DNA from: Felis catus
Lineage: Eukaryota
DNA length: 64,000 nucleotides
Assembly (NCBI RefSeq): GCF_018350175.1
Contig: NC_058373.1
Span: 116,748,001 to 116,812,000, forward strand
Direction of reading: 5' to 3'
Position numbers and translations under genes: made by a program. The notes beneath the pieces were generated by a model. That model saw only the letters and a program-made list of their open reading frames with translations. It ran no database searches and was not told where the DNA came from. This document shows positions 37,222-49,720 of this stretch, in pieces; position 1 is the first letter of the stretch, and every line of letters starts with the position of its first letter.

Positions 37222-37403
37222 TTTTTTATATGTTTTAAATATCTATTTATTTTGAGAGAGAGAGAGAGTGAGCAAGGGAGGGGCAGAGAGAGAGAGGGAG
37301 AGAGAGAATCCCAGCGCAGAGCCTGATGCGGGGCTTGAACTCATGAACCATGAGCTGAAACCAAGAGTTGGACGCTTAACCAACTGAGCCACTCAGGCGC
37401 CTC
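37222..37403 (-). mobile_element. Can-SINE (older, internally deleted)
   Basis: GA tract, GGGGCTTGAACTCA, CTGAGCCACTCAGGCGCC end. Confidence 0.87.
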
Positions 37404-38843
37404 CTCTGAAGCTTTTTCAGTGTGTTGAGATCTTTGCTCCTTCAGTAGACGGCCCCAGACTGCTGTCTTGTTTTCCTTTAAGTTCTTGTCTGCTCTTTCA
37501 TGCGGTTTCTGTCTCCTGCCTTTCCGTTTTCTTCCTTGTTGTCAGTTGTTGTATCACATTGCCGTCCGTATGCAAGTCCGTAACAGCCCTACACTCTGGA
37601 CTTTGTCAACCTCTGGAATGATCACACCTCTGAGACAAAGCAGTGAGCTTGAAGACCAGACAACCAAGCTTATTGAAATTGTATGCGACGTAAGAGTAAA
37701 CAGCCCCTGAGTGTGATTCACACGTGCAGAGCTTTGAGGGTATACAGAAATGTTTGTAGTGAATTTTGTGACCTCCATTGGGTTGTGTTTTGGTTATCCG
37801 TGTGTGAGCGGTTCATTGCCCGTATTCCCATTGTGTTTTCTTATTTTGAATTTCCAGGGAGTATGATGACGTTCTTGGAGAGCCCTCACTCACTATATGA
37901 TTGTATCTTTTACGACCACTCTTCAGTACTTGCAGAGTACCTTCATTACCCAAATTTTAAATCTATATGATTAGATATGTTATGCTATTATTTCTTCTTA
38001 TTCTCATGGCTTTTCAAATACTTTTATATTTTGCATGGGAATGACACATATTTTCAAACGCATGCATTTTGTATGAGGAAAATTGACCGTGTCATGTCTG
38101 AGTCATTTAGTGCCTGTGTCACATGTAAATGAAATAGGACCACGTAAAGTGCTGTGAAGAATAAGTCATCCACTTTAGTTTTTCATATATTTCTGTGTTT
38201 TGTGGACTTCCTCATCTGTGAACCATCTCATGTATCGACAAGTTTTATTTTTTTTAAAGAAGTATATACTTAGTGTACAGTGAATATCATTTAAAGAAGT
38301 TTTTTTCTGTAATTTAATTTTGATCCTGACTTTCCATCTGGTCAAGAGGAAGGTACATTCAACACCAGTCCTTTGGAGTCTTGAGCAGTGCAGCCCGTTT
38401 GGGGGAGAGCCCTGAATCATCATGTCAGTCACCTGGCCACACTGCCTCTCTAGGAGGGACCTGTTATCCCAGCCCTCACATGCCCTCCAGGTTCATGGCT
38501 CCATAGGTCGCCTTTAGTGCCCACTGCATGGGAACCACTGGTAAGGTGCAAGAGCCCCATGCTAGACTTCCGCCTCCTGGGCGTACTTAGAAGCTCTGTC
38601 CTTGTAGACCCTACTCTTGCTGGGAGCAGAGTGCAACTCGGTGACTCACAGACCTTTCTCCTCTCTTCAGTTCTGGGAAGTCTTTGTTAATCTGGGGGAA
38701 ATTCCTCAATCCTCAAACTCTGTTCTCAACAGATTTAGGGTTTTGTTGTTGCTGTTGTTTTAACAAAACTAAGGAGCATTGGCACAAACCTTCCCTTATG
38801 GGAGGAAGCCCACATAATGCAGCCCATTTAAATGGTAGAGTAT

Positions 38844-39071
38844 GGGGCGCCTGGGTGGCTCAGTCGGTTGAGCGTCCAGCTTCCACTCAGATCATGATCT
38901 CACACTCAAGGGGTTCGAGCCCCGCGTCATGCTCTGTGCTGACAGCTCGGAGCCTGGATCCTTGCTTCAGATTCTGTGTCTCCCTCTCTTGCTCCCCCAA
39001 CACACCCCCCCCCCCGCCTCATACTCTGTCTCTCTCTCTCAAAATAAATAAACATAATAATAAAAATTTTT
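38844..39071 (+). mobile_element. Can-SINE (left arm of tail-to-tail inverted pair)
   Basis: Full length; degenerate TSD taaa..gtaga.tat. Confidence 0.93.
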
Positions 39072-39104
39072 TAAACAGTAGAATATAGGGACAGAATGCA
39101 AATC

Positions 39105-39330
39105 TTTTTTTTTTTTATTTTTTTTTAATGTTTGTTTATTTTTTTGAGACAGAGAGAGACAGAGCATGAATGGGGGAGGGTCAGAGAGAGAGGGAGACAC
39201 AGAATTGGAAGCAGGCTCCAGGCTCCGAGCCATCAGCCCAGAGCCCGACGCGGGGCTCGAACTCACGAACGTGGGATCGTGACCTGAGCTGAAGTCGGAC
39301 GCTCAACCGACTGAGCCACCCAGGTGCCCC
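39105..39330 (-). mobile_element. Can-SINE (right arm of inverted pair)
   Basis: Full length; TSD gcaaatct. Confidence 0.95.
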
Positions 39331-39594
39331 CGCAAATCTCTTTTAAAAACTATAGTTAAATAGTAAGTTGCAGAGGTAGTGAAAAAAACAAAAAACTCGA
39401 TAGGCCACCTCTATTCAGTGTTATTTTCACTGAGACCAAACTTATGTATCTAAGTCTCTGTTTCTGTAACTCATTGAAGAATATTTGTTAAATGCATTGA
39501 CATTTTATCGAGTGATCTTACTATCAAACAGAATATAACATTTTTAAAGCGTTATGTAAATGTTCTAATTTTGTTTTGTCTTATTTTACCTAAG

Positions 39595-39725
39595 AACACT
39601 GGAACTATTTTGGGGCCGATGAGAATCTTGGACCAGTGGCTGTGAGCATTCGGAGGGAAAAGCCAGAAGAGACGAAGGAAAATGGATCTCCCTACAACTA
39701 CCGAATAATTTTTAGAACCAGTGAG
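39595..39725 (+). CDS. SIPA1L1: SIPA1L1 coding exon 2 (131 nt; (E)[43 protein letters not shown])
   Basis: Polypyrimidine tract and cctaag| acceptor, branch-like ttctaat about 30 nt upstream, GAG|GTAAGT donor. Phase 1 in, phase 0 out, in frame with both neighbours. Confidence 0.96.
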
Positions 39726-40949
39726 GTAAGTTGCAAACCAGAAAGATTGAGACTTGATTGGAGTGAGGAAAAAATGGAGTGGTCGCAGTAGCAAAGCAAT
39801 TAAATTTAATAGCACATAGTTACAAATGCCTTTGAATAAACAAAGGCCCCTTTCATTCATTCTGGTGGTGATGGGGGTGGACATAATGGTTAGATTTGGA
39901 TCCTTCCTTTCCATGGAGCTCTGGATAGATGCAATAAATGAATGGGAGTTTTGATGCAGAGAAAGATACCTCAGTTAAGTGTGGCCCTAGGAAATTGGAG
40001 CTCTCAGAATTCCAAAGTGGATATTGCATATCCGGCTCAGGGGGCCGGAAAGCCCTGAGCCACCTTGAGCCAGGGGCCTTACAGATGAGAGAGGGTCACC
40101 CAAAGAGTAAACTCACTCTTCCAAAGTGTTGCTTAGGCCAGTTCTTGACCCAAGAAGAGGGAAAGGCTCTTTTCTTCTTCCATTTTGCCGTCTCTTGGGC
40201 CTGTTACCTAGGCCTTTTGGAGACAGAATGCAGACCAGTCAAACCCAGGGCTATCTAACTGCACGTTGAGACAGGCTCTTGGAGCTCCTTAGGAATCTAG
40301 GCACACATAATATGTGAGTTTTTATTTTAAAATGAAATTCAGGTCAGAAAAGAAAAGGAAAAATAAAATAGCTAACAGAGCAGGGTTTTTTTGTTGTTGT
40401 TGTTTTAAACTCATGAACAAGTTTGGGACAGTGGTTTGCTTTCTTTGTAAATATATATATATATATAGTTGTGCCAGTTATGAATTTATTATTGCCTCCC
40501 TGCACCAAATTCACTTTAGGACTGTTGTGAGGCATTAATGCCTAATACTCCCCTGAGGTATCTAGAAAATAATGGGTTTGAAACTAGTTTAAATAGGACA
40601 GTTAACCTCATTTCCCCCATTGAATACAAGGCATGTGTCAGGGGTTGGCTTCACGTAGTAATTGTTCCTCAGCTTGAACCTGGGGGAAATTAAAACTAGG
40701 ATTTTTAAAGGCACAACTTCCATTTCTCATGTGTGGTACGCGGTGGCCAGGGAGGATTGAAGCGCTCTCTTGCCCTAGTGTACTTTCTCTCCACACCAGA
40801 GCTAATCGCTAAGCAGGGTGAATGCTTTTGTTGAACGTAGAAAAGCACGGAGAACACGCTGTTCTTGAAGTTGGACGAGGTGGTTGCCCCTCTCTGGCTT
40901 CTTGGATCTCTGAGCCTGTTACCTTACTTCAGGTGTTTTTGCCTGTTCT

Positions 40950-42230
40950 TACCTGTTTCCTGTTCTTACCTGTTTCCCTCCCAAGGCCACCCCTATTTCA
41001 GCCCCCACCAGGTTCTTCCTTTTCTGTTTTTTATCCATTTAAATGCCTCTTCTCGCCACTGTCCTACCGTCCTTCATGCCGGAGGTCCAAGTTTTCTAAG
41101 TGAGGGATTTCTTTCTCCCATCGGTCACTTCGGTCACTGGTCTCCATGACCATCCCTTCCAGCTTGCCTTGCCACATTCCCTCTCTCCCTGCAGCGTTAA
41201 CTGCTATCCTGAGTTCATGTGATCCCTCTGCCATGATCGGTGGCTCTGTCCTTTCATCCCTCACTCCCTGGGCCCAAAGTGTTCAACTTGCACCTCCCCC
41301 TCCTTCCCTGGACTTGCAGCCGCTACTCCTTCCCTTTTCCGCTAGCCCGTCTGGCGAGCCCTGCGGTCCACTGACTTAGCCTGTGATTGGGACATCCAAG
41401 TCAACTGTTACTTGTACTTCAAAACACCATCACCGCTTGCTTTTATGTTCAAATTAATGTTTAGCTGACAACTCTATTATTGAGGGGGTTCAGGCCGGAA
41501 ACTTTAAAGTCACACTGGACTCCCCTCCCTGCCTCCTGCCCCCACCCTGGCCGTCAGCAAAACTGGTTGACTTTGTTTTCAAGATATGCCCAGATGTCAA
41601 CCCCTTCTTCCATCCCATCACCTCGGCCTGGGCCAGGCCACCACCATTTTTCACTGAGAACCTTTCTTCCTGCCTCTGCCCTTAATCCCTGCATCCTTTC
41701 AGCCCAGGAGGGATCCTTCCGAAGTGCAAACCGGATCTGTCATTCCTCAGTTCAGAATCCTTTAGTGGCTTCCCATCTCGTGAGAAAAAACCAGTCAGTG
41801 TCCCTTGCTAATTTAGGAGAGCATCCGTTCCCTTGGTCTTTCCAGCCACGCTGGCTTCCTTCCCCTCTGGGCCACCGTGACACCTCTGCCTCGGGGCTCG
41901 GGCTCGGCCGCTCCCTAGTCCTCTGTCCTGCTGTGTTCTTCCCCTGGCATCCTCCTGACTGGAGCTTTCTCATTTCCTTCTGACCTTGACTCCTAAACCA
42001 CAGGGGCCTTCCCTGGCCACTGGATCTAAAATTTCTGCTCCCACATATCCCATTTCACATCTGATGTGAGGCTTTCTTTTTTCACGAACATTTAATACTA
42101 CCTCACCCACTGTACTTGTTATTTTGTTTGTTTTCGGTCTCCCCCACTAGAATTTAAGCCCCGTGGGGATGGGGACTGTTGTCTGAGTTGTTCACGATGA
42201 CATGGCTGATGCCTAGAATTGTACAGCCGT
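40950..42230 (+). mobile_element. L2 relic (3' part)
   Basis: Pyrimidine-rich decayed sequence ending tctccccactagaatttaagcccc.tgggga...cctagaa, the L2 3' end motif; approximate. Confidence 0.55.
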
Positions 42231-42294
42231 GCTCTCCCTTCCCCTCTGTCTCCTTCCTTCATTCTCTTTCCTTCCTCTCTCTCATGTGTATTTA

Positions 42295-42517
42295 TTTAAA
42301 AAAAATTTTTTTTTCAACATTTATTTATTTTTGGGACAGAGAGAGACACAGCATGAACGGGGGAGGGGCAGAGAGAGAGGGAGACACAGATACAGAAACA
42401 GGCTCCAGGCTCTGAGCCATCAGCCCAGAGCCTGATGCGGGGCTCGAACTCCCGGACTGCGAGATCGTGACCTGGCTGAAGTCGGACGCCCAACCGACTG
42501 CGCCACCCAGGCGCCCC
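42295..42517 (-). mobile_element. Young felid Can-SINE
   Basis: Perfect 15-bp TSD tctcatgtgtattta (42280-42294 and 42518-42532). Confidence 0.96.
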
Positions 42518-43047
42518 TCTCATGTGTATTTAATGGAGTGCCCCTAGCTTTCGTGGAACTTTTTCCTTTCCGGTGAAAGTAATCCTTAAATGTGGCTTAA
42601 TGGTCTTAATGAGGCTTTTCATACAAAGAAACTAACAGAAGTCCTCTGATAGAACCCTCTCTCGAGGTCCGTCCCCACCTGACAGGCATGTTGCTCCTTC
42701 CTCTTTCATTTCAATAGAAATCATCAGCGCCCAACACAAACAGAAAAACATCAGCGTGTTTGTAAAGCTGGCAGTTTCTGGAGAAAACCTTGTGACACGC
42801 GAGTGTTTTTAAGCAAGGTACACAGGGACTCCTAAGGCCTCTCGCCTTGTTTCTGGAAATCATTAACAGAAATATCAGTAATGCTAGTGATCCAGTTATA
42901 AAAAACGAGTCATGCTTTTTCTCCTCTGCTTTGGCTTCCTGGAGGTGAGCTGCAGTCTTCCCTGTGCTACAGGATTAGCATTCCCGGGCTTGGTTTCTCA
43001 GCTGAAAATACTTGGAGCCTCTGTAGCTTCCGGGCTCCAGGCACGTT

Positions 43048-43091
43048 ACCTCAGGGACAGAGAGGAGCACCTCAGGGACAGAGAGGAGCAC
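43048..43091. repeat. Perfect 21-bp tandem duplication
   Basis: acctcagggacagagaggagc twice, plus ac. Confidence 0.97.
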
Positions 43092-44523
43092 GGTACCTGG
43101 GTCTTTCGGCGGTTTCCCGTAACTCAAAACACAATCAAGCAAACAAATCCGAGAAACCATTTCTGTCAGATTAGGTATTAAGTCATAGGAAAGTGATGTG
43201 TTTTTACCCAAGTGTTACTTGAAACCAAATTATTTATAAATGAAAGAAAAGATACTGATCACGTGAATAGGACCTTGTTCTTGGATTGAGAGCAAGATGT
43301 TGGTCAAGTTTGCTTTTCCTGCCCTCCTCCCTCTTCTGCATCATCTGGCAGATGTTAGAGGTTTTGCTTCCCCGGTGGTTTTTCCTTTGGCCTCCATTTT
43401 GCTGCTAGACGCGTATCATGCCCTCTTTGCCTGATTCCCGGACGCTTGCAGCTTCCTGCTCACCGTATTGTCCGCCTGCGGCTTCTTCCTCTGGCTTCTT
43501 CCTCTTGCGGTTCCTCTTGAGGGACGCATCACCCTCCGCACTCAGACAGGGTCTGAGGTTGCCCCTGGGAGCCTGATGGGTGCACACGCCCGCTCTGGGC
43601 TCTCCCCACCCTGCCCTTGCGCTGTCGTCAGCTCTGTCTGCGCCGTAGCCGTGGCTCCTTCACGCCCACGCCCCGTGCCTTTGCTCTCTGACATTTTCCA
43701 GAATCCTCCCCGGGTTTCATGGTGCCTTTTCAGTGCCACCTCTTCCGCGAGGGCCTTTTCTTGTGCTCTGAGCCATGATGCTCCGTTTTCTGCCTTTGGA
43801 CTCTCTTGGGCCCCAAACTTGTTACCCTTTCCCAGTAAATACAGCCTTCCGAATTCGCGGTTGTGTGTCTCTTCCCTCGCACGTGCCACACCTGCCTGTC
43901 GACACGCCCTCCTCTGTTAGCTCCTGTCACTCCCGTGTAACCTATAGGCTTCATGGAAAGGGGTTCAGTGCAGTGGGGCTTTTTTCTTAGGTCACATACA
44001 GTGTTTACGTTACATTAACAACTTGGCCACGCGACACCTTTTGGGAATTGCGACCGCTTTGGGCTTCTTGTTTACTCCAACAAATCGTCGTTACACGGGG
44101 AAATTTCTTTGCTTCTGTTTATTTCAAAATAATGGAAAGTGTTTCTAGAAATAAGGGGAAATCTAAAGTAATTTGCAGTGCTGTAGACTGCTGCTGTACT
44201 AACCACAGTCGTTGTCTTTTTGTAGCATTTGGGGATATAAGTAGTTTATGCTTGTCCATGATATGTTATGAAATTTAAAACTTGACCCTTATCTTTTGTA
44301 AATCAGAAAGGTATAACATGTAAATCCTGAGCATTCTTCAGATGTTTCTCTGGGATATCTTCTTAATTTCCTGGTTAGTGACATTTTATAAGCCATATAA
44401 AGGTCTAGATCTTACTGAGTTCCTGAAGGAAATACTTTATTTGGCTTTAAAGTAGATATCCTTGGAAGGCTTGACTCTGAGTTCCCTTGGGCTTGTCTGG
44501 GTCTTCTTGAAAGTGTTGGCCTT

Positions 44524-44820
44524 GGGGCACCTGGGTGGCTCAGTCGGTTGAACGCCTAACTCTTGATTTCGGCTCAGGTCATGATCCCAGGGTCATGAGG
44601 TCTAGTCTGGCATGGGACTCCATGCTGAGCATGGAGCCTGCTTAAGATATTCTCTCTGTCTCTCTCTCTGTCTCTCTCTGTCTCTCTCTCTCTCTCTTTC
44701 TCTCTTTCTCTCTCTGTCTCCCCCCTCCCTCTCTCCCCTTCTCCCCTTCTCCCCTTCTCTTCCTCCGCCCCTCTCCCCTGCTCATGCACATTCTTTCTCT
44801 TTCTATAAAAGAAAAAAATA
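44524..44820 (+). mobile_element. Can-SINE with expanded CT/polypyrimidine tract
   Basis: Head followed by about 130 nt of pyrimidine-rich tract; outer TSD aaagtgttggcctt. Confidence 0.9.
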
Positions 44821-45058
44821 GGGGCACCTGCGTGGCTCAGTTGGTTCAGTGTCAGACTTCAGCTCAGGTCATGATCTCACAGTTTGTGGGTTCGAGCCTA
44901 TGTTGGGCTCTGTGCTGACAGCTCAGAGCCTGGAGCCTGCTTGGGATTCTGTGTCTCCCTCTCTGCTCCTCCCACACTCATGCTGTCTCTTTCTCTCTCT
45001 CTCAAAAATAAATAAACATTAAAAAAAAAAAAACTTTAAAAAAAAGAAAAAAGAAAAC
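44821..45058 (+). mobile_element. Can-SINE inserted in tail of previous copy
   Basis: Full length, followed by composite A tail and the outer TSD at 45059-45072. Confidence 0.92.
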
Positions 45059-45230
45059 AAAGTGTTGGCCTTGTTTTTCATATACAAAGTATCTAAGCCT
45101 TTGAGAAGTCATTCCCGGCTCCTGGTGGGGGGGGGGGGGGCATCTGAGTCCAGGCCTTCAGAGCATGTGATGTATTTACTCCTCTCCCACACCGAGAGAG
45201 ACCTCACTGGAGCACATGTCTGTTTTTCAG

Positions 45231-45419
45231 CTCATGACCCTGAGAGGTTCAGTCCTGGAGGATGCCATTCCCTCAACGGCGAAGCACTCGACAGCCAGAG
45301 GGCTGCCCCTGAAGGAAGTGCTGGAGCACGTGATTCCTGAGCTCAATGTCCAGTGCCTGAGGTTGGCCTTCAACACTCCCAAAGTCACAGAGCAACTCAT
45401 GAAACTGGATGAACAAGGG
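45231..45419 (+). CDS. SIPA1L1: SIPA1L1 coding exon 3 (189 nt; [63 protein letters not shown])
   Basis: tgtttttcag| acceptor, GGG|GTAAGT donor, 63 codons, phase 0/0; SIPA1-family sequence preceding the GAP core. Confidence 0.96.
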
Positions 45420-45719
45420 GTAAGTTTGGCTTCTGGGGGAAGACGTTCTTGTCGCTCAGTTTTCCCCCTAGGTGTCCAGAATACGGAACTTAAGGTTTCT
45501 TTTTTGACCCGTTAAACGGATGGCATTTATTGCAGAGCATGGTCGGTCTCTTTGCAATTATGCATTTTCTGTTTTCCTAACTCTCTGAACTCTGAACATT
45601 CCTCATCTGATGAAATTTTCTGTGTCAGAATCGATAAATAGGGTTCTTAAACTGTGTTCAACTCTTTTAGTATAAAATCTTCCATAAATGCAGTGAATTT
45701 TTCAGGGATTCTAAGAATA

Positions 45720-45940
45720 AGTAGTAGCAATAAGAGTAATATATTCACCAGGCTCTGTTTTCAGTGCCTTCAATATGTTACCCCATTTCATCTCCCAACC
45801 CTATGAGACTGGCACCATTAATGGAGACCTTGTCTCCATTTTAGAGATGAGGAATCTGAGGCATAAGGAGATGGAATAGTAGGCCCTAAGTTCACACAGT
45901 TAATAAGTTCAGAGCCTGTACTGTTAGCCACTGTCCACAG
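45720..45940. mobile_element. MIR relic
   Basis: aaccctatgag...ccattttagagatgaggaatctgaggc...cacacagttaataag core. Confidence 0.7.
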
Positions 45941-46864
45941 TACAGCTGTTCTTAAAAGCTTCAGTTTTTAAAGCCTATTTATACCACCAAAGATGTTTTC
46001 TAGCCAAGATTTCTAAATACAGAATTTTAAAAATTTGTGTCCCAATTAGTAACAAAATGAAAATGCTCAGGATTTTCTTACTTCTATGCTTCCTGTACTT
46101 CCTGTGTGGCCATTTGGTCAAGATGCAGCTGCGCGATAGGACAGTCCATACAGAGGCAGCCCAAGGGTAGAGAATGAAAAACTATGATCTCACAAATCCA
46201 CTAACCAGGGAGCGGGCCCACATTCTGCTTGGAATAATTTGAACATCTGGGCTAGTTTTGTTAGATGTTTTATTTATATACTCTGACTCTTTGAACGTCC
46301 TTGAACCGTTTTAGCCATATTACATCCTAGTAATATGAGTGATCATAGCTTTATTATTGCATTAAAAAAAACACCCTCCAAACAAAATCGGTCCCTTTAT
46401 TGAATGCCATTTTATGAACTAATTTTGATAGTGTCTCCTTAATTAACCAAAAATTCCAACGTTATTAAAATGAATGGGAATTTTAAAAAGTCTGTCTCAA
46501 GGTGTGTTCTTTTAATTCAGCCACTAGGGATATATTGAGAACCAATGGTTGGACACAGGTTTTCTCATCATGACTCTCTCTCTTCATTTGTTTCGCTTGT
46601 GAGAAAGGCCAGCTGATGTCTGTGCCACGCATGGACCTCCAGCAGGCTGTGCATGTCCACGTTTATAACATGGAAACAAGGGAGCACCTTGAATGTGTCA
46701 GAAGACTGCTGGTGCACTAGTGAGCTTAACTATTTGGGGGCTGTTTTCCAGTAAGTGTTCTGAAGATTCAGTCTAACAAAGGAGGAATAGAGAAAAATGA
46801 AGATTAGGCTCCACTGTATGGATTCGGTCTTTTCAGTGACCATGTTTTTCAAGGAGAATACATT

Positions 46865-47077
46865 AAAAAAATTTTTTTTTAATGTTTATTTATTCTTGAG
46901 AGAGAGAAAGCATGAGCAGGGGAGGGGCAGAGACAGGGGGAAACACAGAATCCAAAGCAGGCTGCAGGCTCCGAGCTGTCAGCACAGAGCCCGATGCTGG
47001 GCTTGGACTCACGAACTGTGAGATCGTGACCTGAGCCGAAGTTAGATGCTTAACCGACTGAGCCATCCAGGTGCCCC
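46865..47077 (-). mobile_element. Can-SINE
   Basis: Full length; degenerate TSD starting aaggaga. Confidence 0.93.
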
Positions 47078-49469
47078 AAGGAGAGTCACGTTTAGACACT
47101 GATAATGTAATCACAAATTGAACATTCTAAATCCTACATTAGAACAAGTTATTTTGTGGGGCCGCTAGCCCATGTTATGCCCTCTCTTAGTGATGAACTA
47201 TTCCTAATCCCATCAACACAGAAAAAATAAGACCACTGTACAGTGAGTTCAACTTAAATTGATTTAATTCATAAAACTGTCCATTCTAAAATTAGGCTTC
47301 TTATGCTTAGCGGGTATTAAAATGATCCTTTCCTTCATAAATTATTGATGATGATATATGTTAGTTGTTTTCTGTAATGCCTTTCCTCTGCGAAATTAAA
47401 ATTTGGCAACCGATGGGCGTCTCCCCAGTTTTATTTTGGAAATTTTACTAGGCAGTAGAACCTAAAACTTTAAAGCCTGATCTTCCATATATGCAATTCT
47501 AAATCTGAACTAAGGGGCACCCCCCTTGGCCTCTGTCTTTTCATTTATGTCTCCATAGCATTCAAAGCCAGGATTGTGCTGGTAAAAAGCACATGATATG
47601 CATACTTAGGCGTTTAGTCTGGGGAGTTCTTTTTTTGGTAGGAAATCTCATTAATGCCTTGGAATCATTTCGAGAAAATGATTATTTTGGTGCCTTGTAC
47701 ATATACAGATTTCTTTTAAAAAAATGCATGTAAGTGCAGTAGATTACACATTTGAATCATTGCAAAACATTTTGTTTCCATCCTTGTCATCATTTTTAAA
47801 AATTTCGTGCTTTGTACATCCTTACATTTAAAAAGATTTGTAGAGTGATACCAAGAAATTAGACTCACTTGAAAGAACTTCTAGATCTCCCTTTAAGTTT
47901 TATTTAAATGATTGCTTTAGTAGCTTTTTTCCTTTAAACAGCTTACATAATTATGCTTGGAAAAAGAAAACATTGTTTGCTTGCTTCATTGTGGCATTTT
48001 GCCTTTCGGATCTCTGTTGCTTTATTTTCTCATTTTACCACTTTTAAAAGCCGAAATGAATAGAAGGACGAATTAAAATTATGTCTGTAATATGTAAAAG
48101 AAAGCACTTCACAAAAATATAAAAATGTGTTCTTCATTTGACTAGACTGATATGTTTGCAGGAACTGAAGAGGCATTTTAATTCCTGAAGTTTTAGAAAT
48201 GAATGTATGCTCATCCCAGTTATGTATGGGGCTTATCCAAGCTTTTACATTCTCCTCCCTGATACTTTTCTGGGCCTTTCACTATTCATTGATGTCCTCG
48301 TCCATCATCCTGTACAGGGCAGTGACCTACCAGTGATTTCACACTGTCAAGAGTTGGGAACAGTGTGTGACTTAAGAACATCTGGATCAACTCTGGACTT
48401 AGTTTATCGGTCATGGTTCTAGATCTTCACTTACTAGATAATTGAGAGCATCGCTTATGATAATAACAAATTAGATCAGCATGTGTGTTTACTTATCACA
48501 CTTCCATAAGCACTTCACCACACTGCCTGATTTACTCGTCCTAGCGCCCTGCACGGAGGTTCTAATTATTGGCCTGGTTTATGGTTGAGAAGATGGAGAA
48601 TGTCGGAAGTTCTCAGTGCTGTTTTCAAAACCCTCAGTAGTCCTGAACGCTGGGTACACACATTTGCATAATGCTACCTTTCGTTTCTAAGATTTGCAAG
48701 TTATATTTTTTCAGGTCTTGAATTATTTTGATCCTCAAAACTATGCTGTAAAATATCAGGAATTTCATTATCCAAGCCGGCTTTTTAATAATATAGCCGA
48801 TAGTTACTTATCAATTTGCCGGATCAGCGCCATTTTTCTTCATCAGTCATTTAAAAAGCACCTTCATTTCACCTACTCTGTGCAAGGGGAATGAAAAGCC
48901 ACCATGCCGGGCACATGGTACTCTTAGCTGTGGTTGATAACGATAAATAATAAAACTTGCTAGTAGCCCTTTACATGCGCCATCTCATTGAACATTTGCA
49001 AGCATCCCATGAGAGAGCTGCTGTCATAGGTAGTATAATATGTTATGCTTACTGTCATAAGTAAGCACAACTGTTTCAAATCTAATAAATGCTCATTGAG
49101 TAATCACTCTTGGCCGATTGTTAAAGACTATGGAGAGTAAATGGGCTAGTAAGACACAATCCTTCCCCATGAAGGAGACAAGGTCATCAATTACTGTAAT
49201 GAAAGTCAGGTTTAATATAATGAGTGTAATAAAAGAACGGCAAACAAAGAGCCCTGGAGGTGCAAGCCAACAGGGCCAAGTCGTGATTGGTTAGGCCCAT
49301 TTCCAAGATGGGCCGTGGAAGGGAAGAGGGTTTCATCAGGCCAGAGAACAAGCAATGGGGTGGTCTAGATTCAGAACAAAAAGCACAAAACACAGAGGGA
49401 TGAAAGCACAGTGTGGTTATGGCAGCAAGCAGTCTTGCGGAACAGGAGCGTAAGGCACATGTAAGAGAG

Positions 49470-49720
49470 TAATAAAAATAGATACTTTTTATTGGGCAGT
49501 GACCAAGCTAGGTACCATGTGAAGCAGTTTACATGAATTACTTTAATTAATCCTCAGAATCCTTTGATGTCAGTGCTTTTATTGTTTTTATTTTACAGAC
49601 AAGGACGCTGAGGCACAAAGATGCTGAAAGACCACACCAGTCACAGTTAGGATCTGGTGGAGGCGGGTTTTAAATCCAGGCATTCAGACTCCACAGCCTG
49701 CCTTCTTACCCAATGCACTA
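49470..49720. mobile_element. MIR relic
   Basis: taatcctca...ttttacagacaaggacgctgaggcaca...tttaaatccagg...gactccacagcc. Confidence 0.7.

Noticed and set aside
41480..43920. 167-aa and 150-aa ORFs (41480-41983, 43468-43920)
   Set aside because: Non-ATG starts, low-complexity Pro/Ser/Leu composition from pyrimidine-rich or L2-derived DNA, and no recognisable domain.
45820..45840. 9-bp hairpin aatggagac-ctt-gtctccatt
   Set aside because: Small inverted repeat inside a MIR relic; too short to suggest an RNA gene or terminator.
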